Shown here piece by piece: positions 39,401 through 51,224 of a DNA stretch of 64,000 bases. The notes under the pieces are model-generated. The model was not told where the DNA came from and did no database searches. It was given only the letters and a program-made list of their open reading frames with translations. Both the position numbers and the translations under genes were made by a program. This stretch comes from Macrostomum lignano (lineage: Eukaryota): contig NIVC01000882.1 of the NCBI GenBank assembly GCA_002269645.1, positions 186,001 through 250,000 on the forward strand. The letters are read 5' to 3'. Every line of letters begins with the position of its first letter. Within the stretch, counting starts at the first letter, position 1.

Positions 39401-40077
39401 TAAGGCTGAGGTGGGGAGATGAGGCTGAGATGCGGAGATGAGGCTGAGATGGGGTGATGAGGCTAAGATGAGGAAATGAGGCTGAGATGGGTAGATGAGG
39501 TTATACTAGGTAGAGAACAGGCTAAAGAAAGTCAGGTGATTTTCCACCCCAGGTGGGTCTGGAGTCCGGCACCCGAGTCCTGTCGCAGTTCCGCGCCCGC
39601 CCAGTCGCCCTGTGGGGCGCCCTGGAGCTCGCGGCCAGACTTGGCGAGCCGTGCGTGCTGGCCGAGGCCGCTCCGCTGCTGGCCGCCCTGCTCACCGGCC
39701 TGACCGTCCACTGGGGCTCCCGCCGGCAGCAGCCGCAGTCGTCGGCGTGCGCCGGCGCCGCCGCAGAGACCCGCCGGTTGATCGGCCTGCTCCGGGCCGG
39801 CCGCCTGCTGTCTCCTCCGCTGGACCGTCTGGACGCTATTGTCGACTGTCTGACACCGGCCGAGCTGCACCCGCTGCTCGAGGAGCTTCGCCGAGCCGTG
39901 CTGGAGGCGGCCGACTGGGCCAGACGGGAAGGACCGCAGGCGGTGGCAAAGGCCGGATTGGTCAGCGCCGAGCGGGCGGCGCCGCTGCTCAACCGGCTGC
40001 TGCATCGTCACGTGACCCGGCTGGCCCCGCTGTTTGGCGAGTTCTTTAGCCCGGGTGGCGGCTTGGCCTGTCACTGA
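33489..40077 (+). CDS. INTS5: Integrator complex subunit 5, 899 aa; join(33489..33888,34389..34647,34995..35671,36353..36603,38414..39001,39553..40077)
   Basis: LLRTVPQARLAVLEHFSSVF, WSLDLLASL and PQLDWLL match the recalled INTS5 N-terminus. LTPAELHPLL and LNRLLHRHVTRLAPLFGEF match the C-terminus. All five introns are GT-AG with matching phases (1,2,1,0,0); 2700 nt in total, open frame. Confidence 0.88.
33905..34130. repeat. 30-nt repeat (GGGATTATGGGCTGTGGGATTATTGAATTA)n, INTS5 intron 1
   Basis: Read directly. Confidence 0.92.
34685..34962. repeat. (GTTA/GTTT/GTCA)n microsatellite, INTS5 intron 2
   Basis: Read directly. Confidence 0.93.
36705..38378. repeat. 32-nt higher-order repeat (TTGTGAAGTTTCGAGC + TTGAGAAGTTTTGATC), INTS5 intron 4
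   Basis: Two related 16-mers alternate; 32-aa ORF period. Confidence 0.96.
39002..39500. repeat. About 19-nt repeat (GAGGCTGAGATGGGGAGAT)n, INTS5 intron 5
   Basis: Read directly. Confidence 0.9.
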
Positions 40078-42435
40078 TGATTTGATAATCTGACTGGTGA
40101 TTTAATAATCTGACTGGTGATTTGATAATCTGACTGGTGATTTAATAATCTGACTGATGATTTGATAATCTGACTGGTGATTTGATAATCTGACTGGTGA
40201 TTTAATAATCTGACTGGTGATTTGATAATCTGACTGGTGATTTGATAATCTGACTGGTGATTTGATAATCTGACTGATGATTTAATAATCTGACTGGTGA
40301 TTTGATAATCTGACTGGTGATTTGATAATCTGACTGATGATTTAATAATCTGACTGGTGATTTGATAATCTGACTGGTGATTTGATAATCTGACTGGTGA
40401 TTTGATAATCTGACTGGTGATTTGATAATCTGACTGATGATTTGATAATCTGACTGGTGATTTGATAATCTGACTGGTGATTTGATAATCTGACTGATGA
40501 TTTGATAATCTGACTGGTGATTTGATAATCTGACTGGTGATTTAATAATCTGACTGGTGATTTGATAATCTGACTGGTGATTTGATAATCTGACTGATGA
40601 TTTGATAATCTGACTGGTGATTTAATAATCTGACTGGTGATTTAATAATCTGACTGGTGATTTGATAATCTGACTGGTGATTTAATAATCTGACTGGTGA
40701 TTTGATAATCTGACTGGTGATTTGATAATCTGACTGGTGATTTAATAATCTGACTGGTGATTTGATAATCTGACTGGTGATTTGATAATCTGACTGGTGA
40801 TTTGATCATCTGACTGATGATTTGATCACTGATGATTTGATCGCTAATGATTTGATAATCTGACTGGTGATTTGATAATCTGACTGGTGATTTAATAATC
40901 TGACTTGTGATTTGATAATCTGACTGGTGATTTGATAATCTGACTGGTGATTTGATAATCTGACTGATGATTTGATAATCTGACTGATGATTTGATAATC
41001 TGACTGGTGATTTGATAATCTGACTGGTGATTTGATAATCTGACTGGTGATTTGATAATCTGACTGGTGATTTGATAATCTGACTGGTGATTTGATAATC
41101 TGACTGGTGATTTGATAATCTGACTGGTGATTTGATAATCTGACTGATGATTTGATAATCTGACTGGTGATTTGATAATCTGACTGACTGATGATTTGAT
41201 AATCTGACTGATGATTGGATAATCTGACTGACTGATGATTTGATAATCTGACTGATGATTGGATAATCTGACTGACTGATGATTTGATAATCTGACTGAT
41301 AATTTGATAATCTGACTGACTGATGATTTGATAATCTGACTGATGATTTGATAATCTGACTGACTGATGATTTGATAATCTGACTGATGATTTGATAATC
41401 TGACTGACTGATGATTTGATAATCTGACTGACTGATGATTTGATAATCTGACTGACTGATGATTGGATAATCTGACTGATGATTTGATAATCTGACTGAC
41501 TGATGATTTGATAATCTGACTGATGATTTGATAATCTGACTGACTGATGATTTGATAATCTGACTGATGATTTGATAATCTGACTGACTGATGATTTGAT
41601 AATCTGACTGATGATTTGATAATCTGACTGATGATTTGATAATCTGACTGACTGATGATTTGATAATCTGACTGATGATTTGATAATCTGACTGACTGAT
41701 GATTTGATAATCTGACTGATGATTTGATAATCTGACTGACTGATGATTTGATAATCTGACTGATGATTTGATAATCTGACTGACTGATGATTTGATAATC
41801 TGACTGACTGATGATTTGATAATCTGACTGACTGATGATTGGATAATCTGACTGATGATTTGATAATCTGACTGACTGATGATTTGATAATCTGACTGAT
41901 GATTGGATAATCTGACTGACTGATGATTTGATAATCTGACTGATGATTTGATAATCTGACTGACTGATGATTTGATAATCTGACTGATGATTTGATAATC
42001 TGACTGACTGATGATTTGATAATCTGACTGATGATTTGATAATCTGACTGATGATTGGATAATCTGACTGACTGATGATTTGATAATCTGACTGATGATT
42101 TGATCACTGATGATTTGATCACTGATGATTTGATCACTGATGATTTGATAATCTGACTGGTGATTTGATAATCTGACTGATGATTTGATAATCTGACTGA
42201 TGATTTGATAATCTGACTGATGATTTGATAATCTGACTGATGATTTGATAATCTGACTGATGATTTAATAATCTGACTGATGATTTGATAATCTGACTGA
42301 TGATTTGATAATCTGACTGATGATTTGATAATCTGACTGATGATTTGATAATCTGACTGACTGATGATTTGATAATCTGACTGATGATTTGATAATCTGA
42401 CAGACTGATGATTTGATAATCTGACTGATGATCTG
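40075..42435. repeat. 20/24-nt minisatellite (TG[A/G]TGATTTGATAATCTGAC[TGAC])n starting at the INTS5 stop codon
   Basis: Read directly; three subdomains of variants. Confidence 0.97.
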
Positions 42436-42806
42436 ACGGCTTCAAATTCAAATTCGGCTTGTTAGCTATTATTAATTTTTGGCAAGCATTTTTCATCAGT
42501 TCATTAACAGTTAACTTATTTTCTGTTAGTAGCAGCATGTGTATGTATGAGTTAGTGTTGGTTGCCGATTGAAATATTTCGTGTACTAATTATATAATAG
42601 ATATTACACAGCCAAGTTCCTTGTTGCTTTTAAAAACGCAGTTCAGCCAATTAAAAATATTCATCGCGCGCTTTTTTCACTCCAACTTTAAATTTTAGTT
42701 GCAAAATACAAAAAAATGCCTACTGACAAGTAGGATAGAGCGACTATCATTGCTTTTCTCGGTTAGATAGCTAAATAGTGTGTATAAATTTTTTCAGCGG
42801 CATATC

Positions 42807-45213
42807 ATGAAACGCCGCCGCTCGCCAGCCGCCGATGCGGCGACTCCGTCAGCCTCGTCGGATCCGATGTTCAAAACGCTGGAATTCGCTCGCAGTCTGA
42901 GGACTATACGGGATTATTTTAATTTAATAGACAAATGCGGCGAAGGCGCTTTCTCGGCCGTGTTCAGAGCCCGGCCGCTGACTGGCGGGGACCGTTGCTT
43001 AGCGGTTAAGGTCATCAGCCAGTGCTGCGACTTGCAGCGCACCTGTACGGAGATTCTTCTGTTGAAGGCCTTAAAAGGCTCGCCGAATGTCATCAGCCTG
43101 GTGTCTGCTGTGCGTGAGGCTGAAACTGTGCTGCTGGTGATGGACTACGTTGAGCACAGGCCGTTTGTGGAGTTCTATAGACAGCTGCAACCTGATCAGG
43201 TGCGTTGGCTGCAATTGTGTGCTATTATCCCCTTTTTAGATTCCTCTTATTCTTAGAATCGACCTGTTTCTTAGAATCGTCGTTCAGTTCTTAGAATCTT
43301 CGCTTCTTATGAGTAGAAACGGCTTTTTTTCTAATAATTTTATTGCTTTTTGGAATCGGCTCATTTCTTAGAATCTTTGCTTTTTAAAATAGGCTTGTAT
43401 TTCTAGGAATTTTATTGCTTCTTAGAATCGGCTGCTTAGAATATTATTGTTTCTTAAAGTCGGCTCATTTCTTAGAATCTTATTGTTTGTTAGAATCGGC
43501 TCATTTCTTAGAATCTTTGCTTTTTAAAATAGGCTTGTATTTCTAGGAATTTTATTGCTTCTTAGAATCGGCTGCTTAGAATATTATTGTTTCTTAAAGT
43601 CGGCTCATTTCTTAGAATCTTATTGTTTGTTAGAATCGGCTCATTTCTTAGAATCTTTGCTTTTTAAAATAGGCTTGATTTCTAGGAATTTTATTGCTTC
43701 TTAGAATCGGCTGCTTAGAACATTATTGTTTCGTAGAATAGGCTTATTTCGGAGAATTTTACTGTTTTTTAAAATTGGTTTATTTCTTACAATCTTATTG
43801 TTTCTAAGAATCGATTCCTTTTTGAGAATCTTGTTTCTTAGAATCGGCTCATTTTTAGAATCTTATTGTTTCTAAGAATCGATTCCTTTTTGAGAATCTT
43901 GTTTCTTAGAATCGGCTCATTTTTAGAATCTTATTGTTTCTAAGAATCGATTCCTTTTTGAGAATCTTGTTTCTTAGAATCGGCTCATTTTTAGAATCTT
44001 ATTGTTTCTAAGAATCGATTCCTTTTTGAGAATCTTGTTTCTTAGAATCGGCTCATTTTTAGAATCTTATTGTTTCTAAGAATCGATTCCTTTTTGAGAA
44101 TCTTGTTTCTTAGAATCGGCTCATTTTTAGAATCTTATTGTTTCTAAGAATCGATTCCTTTTTGAGAATCTTGTTTCTTAGAATCGGCTCATTTTTAGAA
44201 TCTTATTGTTTCTAAGAATCGATTCCTTTTTGAGAATCTTGTTTCTTAGAATCGGCTCATTTTTAGAATCTTATTGTTTCTAAGAATCGATTCCTTTTTG
44301 AGAATCTTGTTTCTTAGAATCGGCTCATTTCTTAGAATCTTATTGCTTCTCCTTTCTTAGAACAGATCTGTTTCTCAGAACTGTTTTTTCCTAGAATCAG
44401 CACCAGCCCAACCAGTGCCTGAGCTGACAGCCATCCCGGCACCATCTGCAGGTGCAGCACTACATGCGCTGCCTGCTGGACGCCCTCAGCCGAGTGCACT
44501 CAATGGGCGTAGTGCATCGCGACGTGAAGCCCAGCAACGCGCTGTACAATCCGGCCACCGGCCAGTTTGCTCTGGCCGACTTTGGTCTGGCCCACCTGGT
44601 GCAGCAGCAGCCGCAACGGCCGAGACCGGCCGCCCGGCCAGCCGCTGTTGGTTCGGCCGCGGTTTTCCCGTCCAATAAGTCCGCGGCCGCCTCGTGCCGC
44701 TGCGCCTCCGGGCTCGTGTGCGGCCCCTGCCTGTCCAAGCGGCCGATCCGAGCGCCACGCGGCGGCACCAACGGCTACAGGCCGCCGGAAGTGCTGCTGC
44801 AGGCCGACAGCCAGGACTGTCGGGTGGACACCTGGGCGGCCGGCTGCATTCTGGCCGCTTTCCTGTCCGGCCGGCAGCCGTTTCTCTGGTGCCGCTCGGA
44901 CACGGAATGCCTGTACCTGCTGTGCTGCCTGTTCGGCCTGAACTCCATGCGATCCGCTGCCGCCGCTGTCGGGCGCGAGCTGCGCGTGCTGCCAGTCGCC
45001 TCGGAGACTCTGCCAGAAGCCGAGTTCCCCTGTCGGCGAGACCGGCTGTCCAGCGTCTGTCGGTTGATACGCGGAACCGAGGCCGGCAGCTCCGATGGTC
45101 CGTCGTCGTCAGTGTTTGACCTGCTCAGCGGATTGCTGCAAGCCGATCCGGCGAAGCGGCTGACAGCTGCCGACGCTCTCAAGCATCCGTACTTTGCTTC
45201 GGCTAAGCGCTAA
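42807..45213 (+). CDS. CDC7: Cell division cycle 7 kinase, 384 aa; join(42807..43199,44452..45213)
   Basis: KCGEGAFSAV G-loop, HRDVKPSN and DFGLA are present. The Cys-rich insert CRC..CGPC is followed by APRGGTNGYRPPE (CDC7 has APRAGTPGFRAPE), and LSGRQPF follows. Phase-0 GT-AG intron. Confidence 0.9.
43250..44400. repeat. AATC...AG subunit repeat, organised into a 68-nt higher-order repeat at about 43790-44340, CDC7 intron
   Basis: Subunits of 18+18+15+17 nt; period 68 confirmed (43861 vs 43929). Confidence 0.92.
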
Positions 45214-45269
45214 TCCGACTGGGCTTTGCTTTGTTAACCGTAGTAGCCGGATTGGGGGTGTTGGTAACT

Positions 45270-45900
45270 GGGATTGTTGACCTTAGCAACCGGGTTGTTG
45301 ACCTTATCAACCAGGTTGTTGACCTTAGCAACTGGGTTGTTGACCTTATCAACTGGTGTTGGCCTTAGCAATTGGGTTGTTTACCATGCCAACTGGGTTG
45401 TTAACCTTAGCAACCAGGTTGTTGATCTAATCAACCAGGTTGTTGACCTTAGCAACTGGGTCGTTGACCTTAGCAACCGGGTTGTTGACCTTAGCAACCA
45501 GGTTGTTGACCTTAGCAACCGGATTGTTCACCATGCCAACTGGGTTGTTGACCTTAGAAACCAGGTTGTTGACCTTAACAGAGCAGCGGGTTCTTGACCT
45601 TAGCAACCAGGTTGTTGATCTTAGCAACTGGGTTTTTGACCTTAGTAACTGGGTTTTTTTCACCATGTCAACTGTGTTTTTGACCTTAACAGAGCAGCGG
45701 GTTGTTGACCTGGCAACCAGGTTGTTGACCTTAGCAACCAGGTTGTTTTCCTTAGCAACTGGATCGTTGACCTTAGCAACTAGGTTGTAGACATTAGCAT
45801 AACAGCGGGGTTGTTTCATACAATATAAGATATCGACCTTAGCAACCAAATTTGTTATCTTAAGAAACCATGCTGTTAGCCTTAGTAACAGAATTTTTGC
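45270..45900. repeat. 21-nt repeat (TTGTTGACCTTAGCAACCAGG)n
   Basis: Read directly. Confidence 0.92.
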
Positions 45901-46199
45901 TCTGTTAAAAACCAGTTTTTGTGCTATTATTGACCTGTGCATTTCCTATGTTAGTGAGCATTTCTGTATAATCTATGCATATACGAGCTACCAATGCCCA
46001 ACGTATTTGAATGTTTACAGCCAATGCCAGGAATCTTGACCGTCTGGCTGCACTATTTATTAATTTTTAATGCTGTTATAATATTTTCGCGTCAACTATA
46101 TAATTTTTGTGCAACTAATGGCAGTGCATTTCTTAGAATTTTATCTAAAGTACAAGTATTTTTCATATTAAAAATGCTTTTATGCCTGTCGAATATTAG

Positions 46200-47440
46200 C
46201 AGGCTGAGATATCCTTACTTGGGATTGGAAATAGGTTCGGATGTTCTCACGACTGGGTTATTCTCACCTTGAGATTGGAGATAGTTGAGATATTCTCACC
46301 ATGAGATTAGAGATCGGCTGGGATATTCTCACCTTGATATCGGCTAAGATTTTCTCACCTTGATATCGGCTGGGATTTTCTCACCTTGATATCGGCTGGG
46401 ATTTTCTCACCTTGATATCGGCTGGGATTTTCTCACCTTGATATCGGCTGGGATTTTCTCACCTTGATATCGGCTGGGATATTCTCACATTGAAATTGGA
46501 GATCGGCTAGGATATTCTCACCTTGAGATTGGGGATCGGCTGGGATATTCTCACCTTGAGATTGGGGATCGGCTGGGATATTCTCACCTTGAGATTGGGG
46601 ATCGGCTGGGATATTCTCACCTTGAGATTGGGGATCGGCTGGGATATTCTCACCTTGAGATTGGGGATCGGCTGGGATATTCTCACCTTGAGATTGGGGA
46701 TCAGCTGGGATATTCTCACCTTGAGATTAGGGATCGGCTGGGATATTCTCACCTTGAGATTGGGGATCGGCTGGGATATTCTCACCTTGAGATTGGGGAT
46801 CGGCTGGGATATTCTCACCTTGAGATTGGGGATCGGCTGGGATATTCTCACCTTGAAATTGGGGATCGGCTGGGATATTCTCACCTTGATATCGGCTGGG
46901 ATATTCTCACCTTGAGATTGGAGATCGGCTGGGATATTCTCACCTTGAGATTGGGGATCGGCTGGGATATTCTCACCTTGATATCGGCTGGGATATTCTC
47001 ACCTTGAGATTGGGGATCGGCTGGGATATTCTCACCTTGATATCGGCTGGGATATTCTCACCTTGAGATTGGGGATCGGCTGGGATATTCTCACCTTGAG
47101 ATTGGGGATCGGCTGGGATATTCTCACCTTGAGATTGGGGATCGGCTGGGATATTCTCACCTTGAGATTGGGGATCGGCTGGGATATTCTCACCTTGAGA
47201 TTGGGGATCGGCTGGGATATTCTCACCTTGAGATTGGGGATCGGCTGGGATATTCTCACCTTGAGATTGGGGATCGGCTGGGATATTCTCACCTTGAGAT
47301 TGGGGATCGGCTGGGATATTCTCACCTTGATATCGGCTGGGATATTCTCACCTTGAGATTGGAGATCAGCTGGATTATTCTCACCTTGAGATAGTAGATC
47401 GGATGGGGTATTTCCACCTTGAGATTGATATTCTCACCTT
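46200..47440. repeat. 33-nt minisatellite (GATATTCTCACCTTGAGATTGGGGATCGGCTGG)n with 22-nt deletion variants
   Basis: Read directly; 11-aa period. Confidence 0.96.
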
Positions 47441-47544
47441 TAGACCAGCGATCTAAAACTTCTATAATTTCAACCTATTAGATGGTGCTAGACTTCGCTA
47501 TATCAACTCTCTTGCTTGTTATCACAATTCCAGCAGGAACCAGC

Positions 47545-47913
47545 ATGCCAAAGGTGTACAAAACCACTCACCAGTTCGATGGCGACCTGCCCGCACTTGT
47601 TCACCTGAGCGTGCTGGAATTCTCTGACCGCCTGCTCCTGTCGGTGTCCGACTCGGGCAAGCTGGGCTGCTTCTTTGTGCCGGCGCCCGGCCTCCAGGCC
47701 GATGACGCGGAGGCTCGGTTCGGCGCGCCAAAATCGCCGGCCACCTCGCGGGCAGCGCGTCTCCTTGGCGACAGTCTTCGCCGAGGCGCCGACGCCGGGA
47801 GTAGCGCATCAACGGCGCCTGTCGTGAGCCTGTGCCTCGCGAACGAGAGCCGCAGTCGGGTCCAGCTGCTCTGCGAATTGGTGGCTCAATTTCGCACCTG
47901 GCCGCAGGCGTGA
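47545..47913 (+). CDS. PSMG3: Proteasome assembly chaperone 3-like, 122 aa, single exon
   Basis: VHLSVLEFSDRLLLSVSDSGKLG resembles PAC3 QVVCTAFSSHILVVVTQFGKMG. The C-terminus VSLCLANESRSRVQLLCELVAQFRTW resembles LLAVAVKDKSMEGLKALREVIRVCQVW. Length matches; comparison is from memory. Confidence 0.75.
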   Translation: MPKVYKTTHQFDGDLPALVHLSVLEFSDRLLLSVSDSGKLGCFFVPAPGLQADDAEARFGAPKSPATSRAARLLGDSLRRGADAGSSASTAPVVSLCLANESRSRVQLLCELVAQFRTWPQA

Positions 47914-48604
47914 ATTATTTTGATAATTTTTGAAAATGAAAATACTACTTGCAGCGTCTGTTTGGAGTTTTTTCCTGTAATTTTCTACGAGCAATGAAAT
48001 TCTAAAAGTGCGGCATTTATTTTTGTACTTTGGTGTAAATATCAATTGAAAGAATAATACAAGGAAATTGCCAAGCTGTTGTAATGTTGAAAATAATTCT
48101 AACTGCGCTTTGTTTCTTAATACCAGCTTTTGTATTTTTATTCTTACTATACAATAGGAAATCGAACTTAATAAATAGTACTAAAGGCTTATTGAGGGGT
48201 AATGCGCTGCACTGAAAACACAGAAAATAATTGCAGGAAAAACCCAGTTCCGATGTCTAAATCCTCTTGGAGGCACACGAGTATACTATAAGCGCATATC
48301 TTCGCTTTGGGGATATTACGAGTATTCCAGTTTCTTAGAAATAAAAAGAACTGTTTGGTGCCGTACAGTGTAGATGTAAATTGAATGCATTGGGTACGTT
48401 AAGATGCCCTAGGTACACGTATCTTTTGCAGATTAGCACTGCATTACAGTAATATATAATATAGTTCACTTTAAGCATTGGAACACAGGCGGGTGGTAGC
48501 GCTGAAGGAAACGGCCACCGGAACAGTTTTACGATCGAAGTTTTGGAATGAAACTTATTTGCACTGTCCTAATCTTCAACATTCTCGTATTCTTTATGGC
48601 TCGT

Positions 48605-48960
48605 ATTCCCGCACCAGCCAATAAGCGTCAAGTTTGGGTAAGAGGCCCTGTTTCCGCACCAGCCAATGAGCGTCGAGTCTGGCTAAGAGGCCCTGTTCCC
48701 GCACCAGCCAATAAGCGTCAAGTCTGGCTAAAAGGCCCTGTTCCCGCACCAGCCAATGAGCGTCAAGTCTGAGTAAGAGGCCCTGTTCCCGCACCACCAG
48801 CCAATGAGCGTCGAGTTTGGGTAAGAGGCCCTGTTCCCGCACCACCAGCCAATGAGCGTCGAGTTTGGGTAAGAGGCCCTGTTCCCGCATCAGTCAATAA
48901 GCGTCGAGTCTGGCTAAGAGGCCCTGTTCCCGCATCAGTCAATGAGCGTTGAGTCTGGGT
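48605..48960. repeat. 45-nt repeat (CCCGCACCAGCCAATGAGCGTCGAGTCTGGCTAAGAGGCCCTGTT)n between the convergent 3' ends
   Basis: Read directly, about 8 copies. Confidence 0.92.
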
Positions 48961-49152
48961 TGGGAATCAAGTTTGCGTACTCAACCCCAACTAAACTATC
49001 TTATTAATACTTTAATGGGTAAAGCTATTCTGCTGCAGTCATCAGTCATGCAATGTAAAGTTGCAAGTTGCAAAGTTTTCAACATTTCTCGAGTACGCGT
49101 ATATAAGCCGGCTAAAACTTTAATTGATTTTTATCCAATCGCTTCGAGTCGC

Positions 49153-50866
49153 TCACTGCAAGCCGAACGATACAGACGACATTCGAACTGTCGGGGCAGC
49201 GGCCGAGATCCTTCTCAGCTGAATCGGGGCCTTCGACTCCTTGTCCAGCTTCGCTGAGGCTGACCCGCTCCGGGACTGTCGCGGGCCGAGCGGCTGTCGC
49301 GGCTTGCCGAACGCGTCCCGAACGCCGCCCTCCCGCGCCACGTTGGACTGATTCTCGCCGTCTTCGCGAGCCCCGACGCCCAGCAGCAGCATGTCGAGCA
49401 GGCCGATGATGTTCAGCTTGCGTTGCAGCGGAAAATTCTTCGTCGACAAGAAGATGCCGCGCCGTTCGCGTTTAGTCATGTGCCAGGGAGCGTACAGGAT
49501 GCGCCCGGTCTCGCGATCGCGGAGCGGCTCCGTGGGCGACTTGAGGTCGTAGACTTCGCCATACTGGTGGTGTGTGATGCCGACTCGCTGGTAGCCGTAG
49601 ACCAGCGGCTTGTTGTCCGGCACGAACTCGTTGCACTGTAGGCGGGCCTTGGCGGTGTCGCGGTACTCCTCCAGGTTCACGCTGCCCGGCAGGATGCCCT
49701 CGATGAGCCGCTTGGCCTGGCGGGTGGCGCCGTGAAATGCGTGGGATTGTAAAGTGCATGTAGGCTGCTGTAGTACGAGTTTCGTTAGAGGGGATCGGCA
49801 TCGGCAAGCTAACAAAGTTTCGCCGGATTTAGCATTTAGTGAAGTGAAATAGCATTTGCATTTATGGAATTAATAATTTTGCTTCGGGGCAACTAAATAT
49901 AGCGCCTGCTAAACTGAAATGAGTGCCTGCGGCGCTAAAATGAGTGCCTCCGGCGCCAAAATGAGTGCCTGCGGCGCTAAAATGAGTGCCTCCAACGCCA
50001 AAATGAGTGCCTCCGGCGCCAAAATGAGTGCCTGCGGCGCTAAAATGAGTGCCTGCGGAGCCAAAATGAGTGCCTACGGAGCCAAAATGAGTGCCTGCGG
50101 AGCCAAAATGAGTGCCTGCGGCGCCAAAATAAGTGCCTGCGGCGCCAAAATGAGTGCCTGCGGTGCCAAAATGAGTGCCTCCGGCGCCAAAATGAGTGCC
50201 TCCGGCGCCAAAATGAGTGCCTGCGGCGCCAAAATGAGTGCCTGCGGAGCCAAAATGAGTGCCTGCGGCGCCAAAATGAGTGCCTGCGGAGCCAAAATGA
50301 GTGCCTGCGGAGCCAAAATGAGTGCCTGCGGCGCCAAAATAAGTGCCTGCGGCGCCAAAATGAGTGCCTGCGGTGCCAAAATATGCGCTGACAACACCGA
50401 TTCTCAAAAATAATATACATGTACACGTAGAATTCTTGGCTTTGTCCCCCAACCACAAAATCCATTGCGACGCCTCTGTGAAGCGTTGCCGCTCTCAAAT
50501 AACCCTCCAAGTTTCTCCAACAAACTTGTGAGGATAAAACAGCTAACATGGATTTAAAGTTCAGCTACATGGATTTGAGTTTATGGCATGCTAATCAATA
50601 TTCCACACCTGCGCATGTTTAGCCCGAGTCGGCGCCACCACCATGAGCAGCTGGTACTTGATCCAGGTGTCGCCAGCGCCGCGCCTGTACAGTGACCGAG
50701 TGTTCATGACCAGCTGGCAGCTGCACTTGGCCTCAATCATGTTCTTGTTAGCCGGCAGCAGCAGCGGGGTCAGCAGCTCGCTAACGGCCAGCAGCAGGTA
50801 CTTTCTAGTGGACTTGCCAGCCCCGATCGCGTTGAATGAGACGGTGAAGCCGCGGTATTTGGACAT
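49153..50866 (-). CDS. Uncharacterised protein, 289 aa; complement(join(49153..49764,50609..50866))
   Basis: Two GC3-rich open exons joined by a phase-0 GT-AG intron (KHAQ|PTCT); acceptor 13 nt before the ATG; no family recognised. Confidence 0.7.
49915..50385. repeat. 21-nt minisatellite (AAAATGAGTGCCTGCGGCGCC)n in the intron of the uncharacterised gene
   Basis: Read directly. Confidence 0.96.
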
Positions 50867-51224
50867 TGGCGAGCAAACTCTGGGACTATGAAATTCTATA
50901 TAACCACTGCACACTAGCCAAATTTTAGGCGTTGACTATCGATTGAAGGGAATAGTTTTGCCAGTTTGTCTCATCTACATCTGGTCAATGTCTATGGCTG
51001 AAACCCCCTGTTTGAGTTCGAGAATAGATCTTATATTCCCTCCCTCCTTAGCAAACTTTTTCACATTAGCTCCTATGGCCACATAAGTGGTTAATGAGTG
51101 GCCCATCTTGTGCATATACATATCTCATACATGTTTGATCTTTGGATTCGAGCACAGCAAATGGGCTGTGTAACTATCTAGAATGGAAATGGCTTATCAT
51201 AGCGGCAGCATAAGGAGCACAATG

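Noticed and set aside
40075-40080. TGA TGA at the INTS5 end as selenocysteine or readthrough
   Set aside because: The homologous C-terminus is already complete, the downstream sequence is satellite, and no SECIS was seen.
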